A stretch of 64,000 bases of DNA, from contig CAMDGX010000011.1 in the NCBI GenBank assembly GCA_945897825.1, positions 5,715-69,714 of the forward strand. Direction: 5' to 3'. Numbering within the stretch: the first letter of the stretch is position 1; every line of letters starts with the position of its first letter. Source of the stretch: Asaia bogorensis (GTDB lineage Bacteria > Pseudomonadota > Alphaproteobacteria > Acetobacterales > Acetobacteraceae). A model generated the notes under the pieces. It ran no database searches. It was not told the DNA's origin and was given only the letters and a program-made list of their open reading frames with translations. Shown piece after piece: positions 9,074-17,286 of the stretch. A program made the translations under genes and the position numbers.

Positions 9074-9969
9074 TGGTGCCCGCCACCGTCGCCGACACCG
9101 CCGCCCTGCTCGAGGAAGGCGGCTACGTCGCCGACACCGCGCTCGCCACCACGGTCCACCTCGCCATGGCGATGGACCGCCCGCTGTTCCTGGAAGGCGA
9201 GCCCGGCACCGGCAAGACCGAGATCGCCAAGGTCCTGGCATCCGGTCTCAAGCGTCGCCTCGTCCGCCTGCAATGCTACGACGGCCTGGACCTTGCCGCC
9301 GCGGCCTATGAGTGGGACCACGCCCGCCAGCTCATGGCCATCCGCATCGCCGAGGCCACCGGCAGCGCCGACCGCCTCGCCTTGTCGAGCGACATCTACG
9401 CCCGCGAATACCTCCAGGCCCGCCCCCTGCTCTCGGCGATCGACCCCGACCTGCCGCCGGCCGTCCTGCTGATCGACGAACTCGACCGCGCCGACGAGCC
9501 GTTCGAAGCCTTCCTGCTCGAACTCCTGGCCGACTTCCAGATCACCGTGCCCGAATACGGCACCATCCACGCCAAGACCAAGCCGGTCGTGGTCCTCACC
9601 TCCAACCGCACCCGCGAGGTCCACGACGCGATCCGCCGCCGCTGCCTGTACCACTGGGTCGACTATCCCGACGCCAAGCGCGAACGCCTCATCCTCGTCC
9701 GCAAGGCGCCCCACGTGCAGCCCCAGCTGGCCGCCGAGATCGTCGCCTTCGTCCAGAAGCTGCGCGGCCAGGACCTGTTCAAGATGCCCGGCGTCGCCGA
9801 ATCCATCGACTGGGCCGGCGCGCTCATGCACCTCAACCAGGCCGAACTGACCCCCGGCGCGGTCGATGAAACGCTTGGCGTTCTGCTGAAATATCAAGAC
9901 GATATCGCCAAGATCAAAGGCGCCGAAGCCGCCCGCCTCGTCACTGAGGCCAAGGCAGCGGCAGCCTAG
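9073..9969 (+). CDS. coxD: MoxR-family AAA+ ATPase (CoxD-like)
   Basis: Walker A GEPGTGKT and Walker B LLIDELDRA. The ATG overlaps the coxG stop (TGATG). Confidence 0.85.
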   Translation: MVPATVADTAALLEEGGYVADTALATTVHLAMAMDRPLFLEGEPGTGKTEIAKVLASGLKRRLVRLQCYDGLDLAAAAYEWDHARQLMAIRIAEATGSADRLALSSDIYAREYLQARPLLSAIDPDLPPAVLLIDELDRADEPFEAFLLELLADFQITVPEYGTIHAKTKPVVVLTSNRTREVHDAIRRRCLYHWVDYPDAKRERLILVRKAPHVQPQLAAEIVAFVQKLRGQDLFKMPGVAESIDWAGALMHLNQAELTPGAVDETLGVLLKYQDDIAKIKGAEAARLVTEAKAAAA

Positions 9970-10132
9970 GGAAGGACTTCTTTTTGTGAACAAAAAGAAG
10001 CAAAAAAACTTCATCCATTTGCCAATGGCAGGCACCGTGCCCGACATGGCGACTCACGGCGTCTCCGCGCGCCATGGGGAAAAGTTTTTTTGCTTCTTTT
10101 TTTCCAAAAAAAGAAGCGCTTCCTATGCTTGA
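9970..10132. repeat. AT-rich nested-palindrome element, copy 2
   Basis: Left unit GGAAGGACTTCTTTTTGTGAACAAAAAGAAGCAAAAAAACTTCATCCATTT. A 53-bp GC-rich spacer follows. Right unit ATGGGGAAAAGTTTTTTTGCTTCTTTTTTTCCAAAAAAAGAAGCGCTTCCTATGCTTG. Confidence 0.9.
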
Positions 10133-11330
10133 CCTCACCGCCAAAGGCCTCCTCTCCCTCAACATCCTGAACTTCGCCCGCCTCCTGCGCCGCGCCGGCC
10201 TGCCGATCGGCCCCGCCGACATGCTCGCCGCCCAGGACGCGATGACCCGCATCGAGATCGGCAGCCGCGCCCAGGTCCACACCGCGCTGCGCAGCACCAT
10301 GGTCCACCGCCACGAGCACCAGGATCTGTTCGACCAGGCGTTCAAGCTCTACTGGCGCGCCAAGGAGAATAACGAAGTCCTTGAGATCATGGACAAGCTG
10401 GCTGGCCCCAAACCGCCGCCGGAAAAGGCTCCGCCCGGTTCCCGCCGCCTCGCCGAGGCCCTGGCCGCGAAGCAGGAGAAGCCCACGCCCCCCGAGGAGG
10501 CCCGCGAGGAGATCGACGCCGTCCTCACCGTCTCCGAGCGCGAACACCTCCAGACCATGGATTTCGAGGCCATGAGCGCCGCCGAGATCGAGAACGCCAA
10601 GCGCGAGATCGCCAAGCTGCACCTCCCGCTCGATGCCAAGCGCACCCGCCGCACCCGCCCCGACGCCACCGGCCCCCGCATCGACCTGCGCGCCACCATC
10701 CGCGCCTCCTTGCGCACCGGTGGCGAGATCTTCGACCTCGCCCGCACCCGCAAGGTCACCCGCCCGCCGCCGCTCGTCGTGCTGTGCGACATCAGTGGCA
10801 GCATGGGACGCTACGCCCAGATTCTGCTGCATTTCCTACACGCTGTGGCGAACGACCGCGACCGCGTCCACACCTTCCTGTTCGGCACCCGCCTGTCCAA
10901 CATCACCCGCCAGCTCCGCCACCGCGACCCGGAAGTGGCTTTCCAGCTGGTGTCGCAGATCGTGCCCGACTGGTCCGGCGGCACCCGCATCGGCGAGGCG
11001 CTGGCCGCCTTCAACCAGCAATGGTCGCGCCGCGTGCTCGGCCAGGGTGCCATGGTCCTGCTGGTCACCGACGGTCTCGACCGCGACGGCGCGGCCGGAC
11101 TGTCGGAGAACATGGAGCGCCTGCACAAATCCTGCTCCCGCCTGGTCTGGCTCAACCCGCTCTTGCGCTGGGACGGGTTCGAGCCGAAATCGCAGGGCAT
11201 CCGCGCGATGCTGCCGCATGTCGACGAATTCCGAACCGTGCATAATCTCGCCAGCCTGCGCGCCCTGGTCGCGTCGCTCTCCGCGCCCCCCGACCTGCGC
11301 GCCATGGATCGATGGAGGCTAGCCGCATGA
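10125..11330 (+). CDS. coxE: VWA domain-containing protein (CoxE-like)
   Basis: MIDAS motif VVLCDISGSMGRY. Partnered with the upstream MoxR ATPase. Start taken at MLDLTAKG; an in-frame ATG at 10074 lies inside the repeat. Confidence 0.85.
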   Translation: MLDLTAKGLLSLNILNFARLLRRAGLPIGPADMLAAQDAMTRIEIGSRAQVHTALRSTMVHRHEHQDLFDQAFKLYWRAKENNEVLEIMDKLAGPKPPPEKAPPGSRRLAEALAAKQEKPTPPEEAREEIDAVLTVSEREHLQTMDFEAMSAAEIENAKREIAKLHLPLDAKRTRRTRPDATGPRIDLRATIRASLRTGGEIFDLARTRKVTRPPPLVVLCDISGSMGRYAQILLHFLHAVANDRDRVHTFLFGTRLSNITRQLRHRDPEVAFQLVSQIVPDWSGGTRIGEALAAFNQQWSRRVLGQGAMVLLVTDGLDRDGAAGLSENMERLHKSCSRLVWLNPLLRWDGFEPKSQGIRAMLPHVDEFRTVHNLASLRALVASLSAPPDLRAMDRWRLAA

Positions 11331-11650
11331 GCGACTCACCCGACGACATCCTCGCCACCGCCGCCGCCTGGGTCGCCCAGGGCGAGCAGGTCGCCATCGC
11401 CACCGTCACCGAAACCTGGGGATCCTCCCCCCGCCCCGCCGGCAGCCAGCTCGCCGTCACCAAGTCCGGCCGCATGGCCGGCTCGGTCAGCGGCGGCTGC
11501 ATCGAGGGGGCCGTCGCCGAGGTCGCCATGAAGACCATCGAGACCGGCGCCCCCCAGCTGATGGATTTCGGCATCACCGACGAACGCGCCTGGGAAGTCG
11601 GCCTGGCCTGCGGCGGCAAGCTCAAGGTCTTCGTGGAGAAGCTCTCGTGA
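11327..11650 (+). CDS. XdhC/CoxI family protein, N-terminal-domain-only
   Basis: GSSPRPAGSQLAV ... SGGCIEGAV motif of the XdhC_CoxI domain. ATGA overlap with the coxE stop. Confidence 0.75.
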   Translation: MSDSPDDILATAAAWVAQGEQVAIATVTETWGSSPRPAGSQLAVTKSGRMAGSVSGGCIEGAVAEVAMKTIETGAPQLMDFGITDERAWEVGLACGGKLKVFVEKLS

Positions 11651-12357
11651 CCCCGGAAACCCTGCGCGCCCTCACCGAGGCCCGCGCCGCCAAGCGCCCG
11701 ATCGTCGTCGCCACCAAGCTGCCCACCGGCGAACAGCTCCTCCTCCCCGATCCCGCCGCCCCCGCCGAACTCGCCGCCGCGGCCACCCGCGCGCTGGACC
11801 GCGACGAGTCCGGCACCCAGGTCATCGGCAACGAGACCTGGTTCCTCCACGCCTACAACCCGCCGCTGCGCCTCATCATCGTCGGCGCCGTCCACATCGC
11901 CCAGGCCCTCGTCCCCATGGCCGCCCATCTCGGCCTCGCCGTCGTCGTGGTCGATCCCCGCCGCTCCTTCGCCACCGAGGAACGCTTCCCCAACGTCACC
12001 GTCAGCGCCGAATGGCCGGATGACGCGATGGACGAGCTCAAGCCCGACGTCCGCACCGCCATCGTCACCCTCACCCACGACCCCAAGCTCGACGACCCGG
12101 CACTCGACCGCGCGCTGAAATCGCCGGCCTTCTACATCGGCGCCCTGGGAAGCCGCCGCACCCACGCCCGCCGCGTCGCCCGCCTGAAGGAACTCGGCCA
12201 CACGGATGAGGCGATCGCCCGGATCAAGGGCCCGGTCGGCCTTGATCTCGGCGCCATCACCGCCCCGGAAATCGCCGTCTCCATCCTGGCCGAATTCGTC
12301 GCCGCCCGCCGCAACGGCGCCCTGGCCCCCAAGCAAGCCGAGAAGCAAGCCGCGTGA
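11647..12357 (+). CDS. XdhC family protein, Rossmann-like C-terminal domain
   Basis: LIIVGAVHIAQALVPMA ... YIGALGSRRTHARR, typical of the XdhC C-domain. GTG start overlaps the previous stop (GTGA). Confidence 0.8.
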   Translation: MTPETLRALTEARAAKRPIVVATKLPTGEQLLLPDPAAPAELAAAATRALDRDESGTQVIGNETWFLHAYNPPLRLIIVGAVHIAQALVPMAAHLGLAVVVVDPRRSFATEERFPNVTVSAEWPDDAMDELKPDVRTAIVTLTHDPKLDDPALDRALKSPAFYIGALGSRRTHARRVARLKELGHTDEAIARIKGPVGLDLGAITAPEIAVSILAEFVAARRNGALAPKQAEKQAA

Positions 12358-14012
12358 TCTTCGCCAGCTTTCCGCTCGGCGAGGCGGAAGGCGCCGTCCT
12401 CGCCCATTCCCACCGCACCCCCGGCCGCGTCCTCAAGAAAGGCACGGTGCTGGACGAAGCGGCCATCGCCGCCCTCCAGGCCGCCGGCAAAACCGAGATC
12501 ATCGCCGCCCGCTTCGAACCCGGCGATGTGCCGGAGAACGAAGCCGCCGCCCGCCTCGCCGCCGCCGTCTCCGCCCCGCGCATCTCCGCCGGCCGCGCCA
12601 ACACCGGCCGCGCCAACCTCCATGCCGACAGCGCCGGCCTGTTCATCGTCGACCCCACCCACCTCGCCCGCCTCAACCGCCTCGACGAGGCGCTCACGCT
12701 GGCCACCCTGCCCGACAACAGCGTGGTCGGCCCCGGCGACATGCTGGCCACCATCAAGATCATCCCCTTCGCCGTCCCCGGTGCCGTGCTCGAGCAGGCC
12801 GAAGCCCTCGCCCGCGCCGAAGGCCCGCCCTTCGCGCTGCATCCCTTCCGCAAGCTCAAGGTCGGCCTGGTCCTCAGCGAGCTCCCCGGCCTCAAGGAAT
12901 CCGTCCTCGCCGGCACCATCGAGGCCACCGAAGCGCGGATCCACGCCCTCGGCGGCACCATGCTGCCCGCCCGCCGCTGCCCCCACGCCACGGATGCCAT
13001 CGCCGCCAGCCTGCGCGAAATGCTCGCCGAGGGCGCCGACCTCCTGCTGGTCGCCGGCGCCTCCGCCACGGTCGACCGCCGCGACGTCGGCCCCGCCGGC
13101 GTGGTCGCCGCCGGCGGCCGCATCGTCCATTTCGGCATGCCGGTCGACCCCGGCAACCTCATCTGCACCTGCGAGGTGGAAGGCCGCCCCGCCCTCGTCC
13201 TGCCTGGCTGCGCCCGCTCGCCGAAGCTGAACGGCATCGACTGGGTCCTGCGCCGCCTCTTCGCCGGCCTGCCCGTCGACCGGAACGCCCTCGCCGCCAT
13301 GGGCCTCGGCGGCCTGCTCAAGGACACGGACGCCCGCCCCCTTCCCCGCGCCAAAGCCGCCGGCAAGCCCGAAACCCCGCCGCCCCCCGCGAAATCCACC
13401 ATCGCGGCCGTCGTTCTGGCCGCCGGCAAGTCCACCCGCATGGCCCCGTTCAACAAGCTCCTCGTCACCGACAAGGCCGGCAAGCCGATGATCGCCCGCA
13501 CGGTCGACAACGTGCTCTCCTCCGGCGCCCGCCCCGTCATCGTCGTCACCGGGCACAGGTCGGAGGACATCAAGGCCGCCCTCGCCGGCCGCCCCGTCAC
13601 CTACGTCGCCTCGCCCAACTACGAATCGGGCCTCTCCGAAAGCCTCAAATCCGGCATCGCCGCCGTGCCCCCCGAAGCCCGCGCCGCCATCGTCTGCCTC
13701 GGCGACATGCCGCTCGTCACCGGCCGCATCATCGACCGCCTGCTCGCCGCCCACGACACCGACGAAGGCCGCCTGATCGCCGTGCCCACCCACCAGGGCC
13801 AGCTCGGCAACCCCATCCTCTGGGACCGCCGCTTCTTCCCCGCCCTCCTGGCCATGACCGGCGACGGCGGCGGCGGCCGCCGCATCATCCGCGAGAACGC
13901 CGAGGTCGTCGCCGAGGTCGATGTCGCCGACGACGCCGTCTTGCGCGACTTCGACACGAAGGAAAGCCTCGCCACCCTGCCCCCGCGCCTCAGGCCCGCC
14001 GATGTCGCGTGA
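12354..14012 (+). CDS. molybdopterin-binding domain fused to MobA/MocA-like nucleotidyltransferase
   Basis: The N-terminal part resembles a MoCF-biosynthesis/molybdopterin-binding domain. The C-terminal part (AAVVLAAGKSTRM ... CLGDMPLV) resembles an NTP-transferase such as MocA. GTG start overlaps the previous stop. Confidence 0.75.
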   Translation: MIFASFPLGEAEGAVLAHSHRTPGRVLKKGTVLDEAAIAALQAAGKTEIIAARFEPGDVPENEAAARLAAAVSAPRISAGRANTGRANLHADSAGLFIVDPTHLARLNRLDEALTLATLPDNSVVGPGDMLATIKIIPFAVPGAVLEQAEALARAEGPPFALHPFRKLKVGLVLSELPGLKESVLAGTIEATEARIHALGGTMLPARRCPHATDAIAASLREMLAEGADLLLVAGASATVDRRDVGPAGVVAAGGRIVHFGMPVDPGNLICTCEVEGRPALVLPGCARSPKLNGIDWVLRRLFAGLPVDRNALAAMGLGGLLKDTDARPLPRAKAAGKPETPPPPAKSTIAAVVLAAGKSTRMAPFNKLLVTDKAGKPMIARTVDNVLSSGARPVIVVTGHRSEDIKAALAGRPVTYVASPNYESGLSESLKSGIAAVPPEARAAIVCLGDMPLVTGRIIDRLLAAHDTDEGRLIAVPTHQGQLGNPILWDRRFFPALLAMTGDGGGGRRIIRENAEVVAEVDVADDAVLRDFDTKESLATLPPRLRPADVA

Positions 14013-14472
14013 GTGGCGATCGATGCGCCCCGAGGATCTCGAAGCAGTCGAACGCCTCGGCAACGCCATCCACCAGGACCACCCCGAACACCCGGACATC
14101 TTCGCCGAACGCCTCGCCCTCTGCCCCGAAGGTTGCTTCTGCCTGGGGGCTCTCGACGGCTACGTCATCAGCCATCCCTGGACCCTCGGCGCCCCACCCC
14201 CCCTCGACACCCTGCTCGGCGCCCTGCCCGCCCACCCGGACACCTGGTACATCCACGACCTCGCCCTGCACGAACGCGCCCGCGGCACCGGCGCCGCCCC
14301 CGCCATCGTGGCGCACCTCGCCACCCTCGCGGCCGCACTGCCCACCATGAGCCTGATCGCCGTCGGCCGTTCCCCCGCCTTCTGGGCGCGCCAAGGCTTC
14401 ACCCCCGCCCCACTCGCGCCGGGAAAGCTCGACAGCTATGGCCCGGGGGCCCGCTATATGGTCAGGAAGTAA
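14002..14472 (+). CDS. GNAT family N-acetyltransferase
   Basis: HDLALHERARGTGAAPAIVAHL looks like an acetyl-CoA binding motif. The start (14002 or 14023) is uncertain. Confidence 0.65.
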   Translation: MSREWRSMRPEDLEAVERLGNAIHQDHPEHPDIFAERLALCPEGCFCLGALDGYVISHPWTLGAPPPLDTLLGALPAHPDTWYIHDLALHERARGTGAAPAIVAHLATLAAALPTMSLIAVGRSPAFWARQGFTPAPLAPGKLDSYGPGARYMVRK

Positions 14473-14596
14473 GAAAGAATCTTCTTTTTCTGAAGAAAAA
14501 GAAGCAAAAAGACTTTCATCCATTCATGCCGCGCGCGCGGCACTCTGGGTTGAAAGTTTTTTGGTTCTTTTTTTCAAAAAAGAACCGCTTGCTTCA
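14466..14596. repeat. AT-rich nested-palindrome element, copy 3
   Basis: Left unit GAAGTAAGAAAGAATCTTCTTTTTCTGAAGAAAAAGAAGCAAAAAGACTTTCATCCATTC. Right unit TGGGTTGAAAGTTTTTTGGTTCTTTTTTTCAAAAAAGAACCGCTTGCTTCA. The element overlaps both convergent stop codons. Confidence 0.9.
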
Positions 14597-14833
14597 GGGG
14601 CAGTCGCACCCCGGCGTCGGCCCCGTTTCCGCCCGCTCCACATGGTGGTCGATCCACTCCGCCACCAGCCGCCGCGCCTCGTTCACCGAGGCCTCGGGAT
14701 GGTGGATGCGGTACAGCGTCGTGCAGGCCCGGAAGGCGGAGGGGTCGGGGTTCCCGAGCGAGCGCAGGTCGCGATACGCCGTCACGACGGCTCGTTCGCA
14801 GTTGCGCGCGATATGGCTGAAATCACGGCCCAT
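14594..14833 (-). CDS. hypothetical protein (79 aa)
   Basis: ORF with GC-rich third codon positions. I recognise no motif. Confidence 0.45.
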   Translation of the reverse strand: MGRDFSHIARNCERAVVTAYRDLRSLGNPDPSAFRACTTLYRIHHPEASVNEARRLVAEWIDHHVERAETGPTPGCDCP

Positions 14834-14847
14834 GCCAAAACCCCCAA

Positions 14848-14864
14848 TTGCGATTAACTCGCAA
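14848..14864. promoter_or_regulatory. inverted repeat TTGCGA-N5-TCGCAA upstream of the 79-aa ORF
   Basis: Perfect 6-5-6 dyad read directly, 15 bp upstream of ATG 14833, in a locally AT-richer stretch. Confidence 0.3.
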
Positions 14865-14917
14865 CAACGGAAGTATAGAACCTCAGCCCCTCCGATAGCA
14901 ACGCTCGATCGCGCCGG

Positions 14918-15988
14918 TCAGCCGCCGGCCACGATCTCCGCGATGGCTTTCCCCACCTCGACCGTCCCGGCCTGCCCGCCCATGTCCCGCGTCCGCGGCC
15001 CGCCCTCGCGCAGCAGCGTCTCGATCGCATCCACGATCGCCTTCGCCGCCGCGGGCTCGCCCAGGTGCTCCAGCATCATCGCACCCGACCAGATCTGCCC
15101 GATCGGGTTGCAGATCCACCGCCCCGCGATGTCCGGCGCCGAGCCATGCACCGGCTCGAACATCGAGGGATGCGTCCGCTCCGGATTGATGTTCGCCGAA
15201 GGCGCGATCCCGATCGACCCCGCCACCGCCGGCCCGAGGTCCGAAAGAATGTCCCCGAACAGGTTGCTGCCCACCACCACATCGAACCAGTCGGGATGCT
15301 GCACGAAGTGCGCGCACAGGATATCAATGTGATACTGGTCGGTCTTCACATCGGGATAGCTCTTGCTCATCTCCGCGAACCGCTCGTCCCAGAACGGCAT
15401 CGTATGGATGATCCCGTTCGACTTGGTCGCCGACGTCACCTTCCGTCGTGGCCGCGTCATCGCCAGCTCGAAGGCGTATTTCAGGATCCGGTCCACCCCG
15501 GTCCGCGTCATGATCGTCAGCTGGCTGGCGAACTCCCGGTCGGTCCCCTCGAAATGCCGCCCGCCCGACGACGAATACTCGCCCTCGGTGTTCTCCCGCA
15601 CCACGTAGAAGTCGATATCCTTCTCCGTCCGCCCCGCCAGCGGCGTCACCGCCCCGGGCATCAGCCGGCACGGCCGCAGGTTCACATATTGGTCAAACTG
15701 CCGCCGGAACGGGATCAGCAGCCCCCACAGCGAGATATGGTCCGGCACCCCCGGCCAGCCGACCGCCCCCAGGAAGATCGAGTCGGCCTCGCGCACCATG
15801 TCCAGCCCGTCGGGCGGCATCATCGCCCCGGTCTGCTTGTAGGTCTCGCAGGACCAGTCGTAGTGGTCGAGCTTCAGCTGGAAGCCGAACCGCCGCGCCG
15901 CAGCGTCGAGCACGCGCAGCCCCTCGGGCGTCGTCTCCTTGCCGATGCCGTCGCCCGGGATCACGGCCAGCCGATAGGTCCTGCTCAT
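14918..15988 (-). CDS. tartrate dehydrogenase / isopropylmalate-isocitrate dehydrogenase family
   Basis: IPGDGIGKE, NLRP, VRENTEGEYS and GSNLFGDILSDL motifs. The overall sequence is TtuC-like. Confidence 0.85.
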   Translation of the reverse strand: MSRTYRLAVIPGDGIGKETTPEGLRVLDAAARRFGFQLKLDHYDWSCETYKQTGAMMPPDGLDMVREADSIFLGAVGWPGVPDHISLWGLLIPFRRQFDQYVNLRPCRLMPGAVTPLAGRTEKDIDFYVVRENTEGEYSSSGGRHFEGTDREFASQLTIMTRTGVDRILKYAFELAMTRPRRKVTSATKSNGIIHTMPFWDERFAEMSKSYPDVKTDQYHIDILCAHFVQHPDWFDVVVGSNLFGDILSDLGPAVAGSIGIAPSANINPERTHPSMFEPVHGSAPDIAGRWICNPIGQIWSGAMMLEHLGEPAAAKAIVDAIETLLREGGPRTRDMGGQAGTVEVGKAIAEIVAGG

Positions 15989-16030
15989 GGCGCTTCCTCA
16001 GTGTCTTGCTGGAAGCGTTATGGCGCAGGA

Positions 16031-17170
16031 TCAGTCCAGTGCAAACCGCCGGCGGATCTCGGCCGCCACCCGCCCCGCCTCGTCCAGCGGCGGGCGCGGC
16101 CAGCGCGCGATCGAACTGCCCAGCGGCCGCGCATGCCCGGCCTGGTACAGCGTCTCGGCAAACCTGTGGTGCCGCGGCCCGGCCAGCTCCGGACAGGCGA
16201 CATACACCGCCGCCGTGCTCGCGCACGCCTCGGAGATCATCGAGATCGAGTCGGCCGTCACCACGATGGCATCCGCGCTGGCCAGGAAGCCGTGATACGG
16301 ATTCTCCCCCGGCTCCCCCCAGCGATAGATCAGGTGCAGCGCCTGGGACAGCCCGGCCGACAGCGCCTCGGTCGCCTCCTTGCCGGTGCGGCGCGACGTA
16401 GTCGCCAGCACCGCCCCGCCCCGCGCCGAGGCCAGCCGCGCCACCTGCTTGCCCAGCGCATGCGCCATCGCCGGCGGCATGTCGCTGCCGCGCACCGGCC
16501 CGCCAACCAGCAGCGCCACCCGCGGTCGCGGCAGGTGGGACAGCCGCTCCTGCCACGCCGCCCGCGCCTGGCGCAGCAGCAGCGGCGCCACCCGGTGCGG
16601 CGCGCCCAGCACCGGAAACACGTTCGGCGCCGCCTGCGGCCGGTCGTGCTCGGGGATCACCAGCAGGTCGAACATGCCCTGCCGCCACAGCCCGCCCAGG
16701 CCGGGGTTCATGCAATGCACCAGCCGGCAGCCGAACTGCGACTTCATCCACAGCGCCACGGCGCCCGACCGCCGCCCGGCGGAAATCACCACGTCGGGGC
16801 GCGGCGGCGCCTCCTCCCCCCGCCCCTCGCCAGGCCGAACGGCCGGCAGCGAGATGCCCGCCGTGCTGCGCGCCAGGTCCGAGGCGATGCGCCGCGCCGG
16901 CTGGCGCAGCCCGGCCAGCGACCCGCCCGGCACCAGCCCGGCGATATGCGCGGTCCACCGGTTCCACATCATCGGGATCCGCCGGAACGGCACCCCCAGC
17001 CGCTCCGCGATGCCCAGCGCCTGGTTCGCGGTGCCGGCGCGAGGATCATCCAGCACCCAAACCCGCGGCTGCGGCTGCTGCGGCACCCCCTCGGTGGCCG
17101 AATGCGGGGCACGGTCCAGTTCAGGCATCACACCCGCCTGCGGCACATCCCGCCGCGATTCGACCGACAC
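16031..17170 (-). CDS. ELM1/DUF1022 family protein (putative glycosyltransferase-like)
   Basis: VWVLDDPRAGTANQALGIAERLG N-terminal motif, as I recall for the mitochondrial fission ELM1 family. Start uncertain. Confidence 0.65.
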   Translation of the reverse strand: MSVESRRDVPQAGVMPELDRAPHSATEGVPQQPQPRVWVLDDPRAGTANQALGIAERLGVPFRRIPMMWNRWTAHIAGLVPGGSLAGLRQPARRIASDLARSTAGISLPAVRPGEGRGEEAPPRPDVVISAGRRSGAVALWMKSQFGCRLVHCMNPGLGGLWRQGMFDLLVIPEHDRPQAAPNVFPVLGAPHRVAPLLLRQARAAWQERLSHLPRPRVALLVGGPVRGSDMPPAMAHALGKQVARLASARGGAVLATTSRRTGKEATEALSAGLSQALHLIYRWGEPGENPYHGFLASADAIVVTADSISMISEACASTAAVYVACPELAGPRHHRFAETLYQAGHARPLGSSIARWPRPPLDEAGRVAAEIRRRFALD

Positions 17171-17286
17171 GCGAACATCCCGCCCGCATCCAGGCCGGGG
17201 CCGATGGACGCAACGGGGCCGGACGGCTACGAACGCCCTGACCGAATGCGAGAGGCATGGGAAGACCCCGGATGGAAAAGCTGCAC

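Noticed and set aside
12132-14350. 655-aa minus-strand ORF and 714-aa plus-strand ORF overlapping the XdhC/MocA-like genes.
   Set aside because: Gly/Ala/Asp-rich or Arg/Pro-rich low-complexity translations, out of frame with or antisense to a motif-bearing gene.
7311-14596. Idea that the AT-rich units are tiny genes encoding M(G/D)(E/K)SF(F/L)ASFF-KKE peptides; four of the six units keep an ATG.
   Set aside because: One unit lacks the ATG. The differences between units are the compensatory stem changes (GCTTC/GAAGC versus GGTTC/GAACC), which alter the peptide but preserve the hairpin. I saw no Shine-Dalgarno sequence. Structure, not coding, best explains the conservation.
7311-14596. Possibility that the repeated AT-rich units form a CRISPR array.
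   Set aside because: The copies are kilobases apart in separate intergenic regions, occur as inverted pairs, have no regular spacer periodicity, and have no cas genes nearby.
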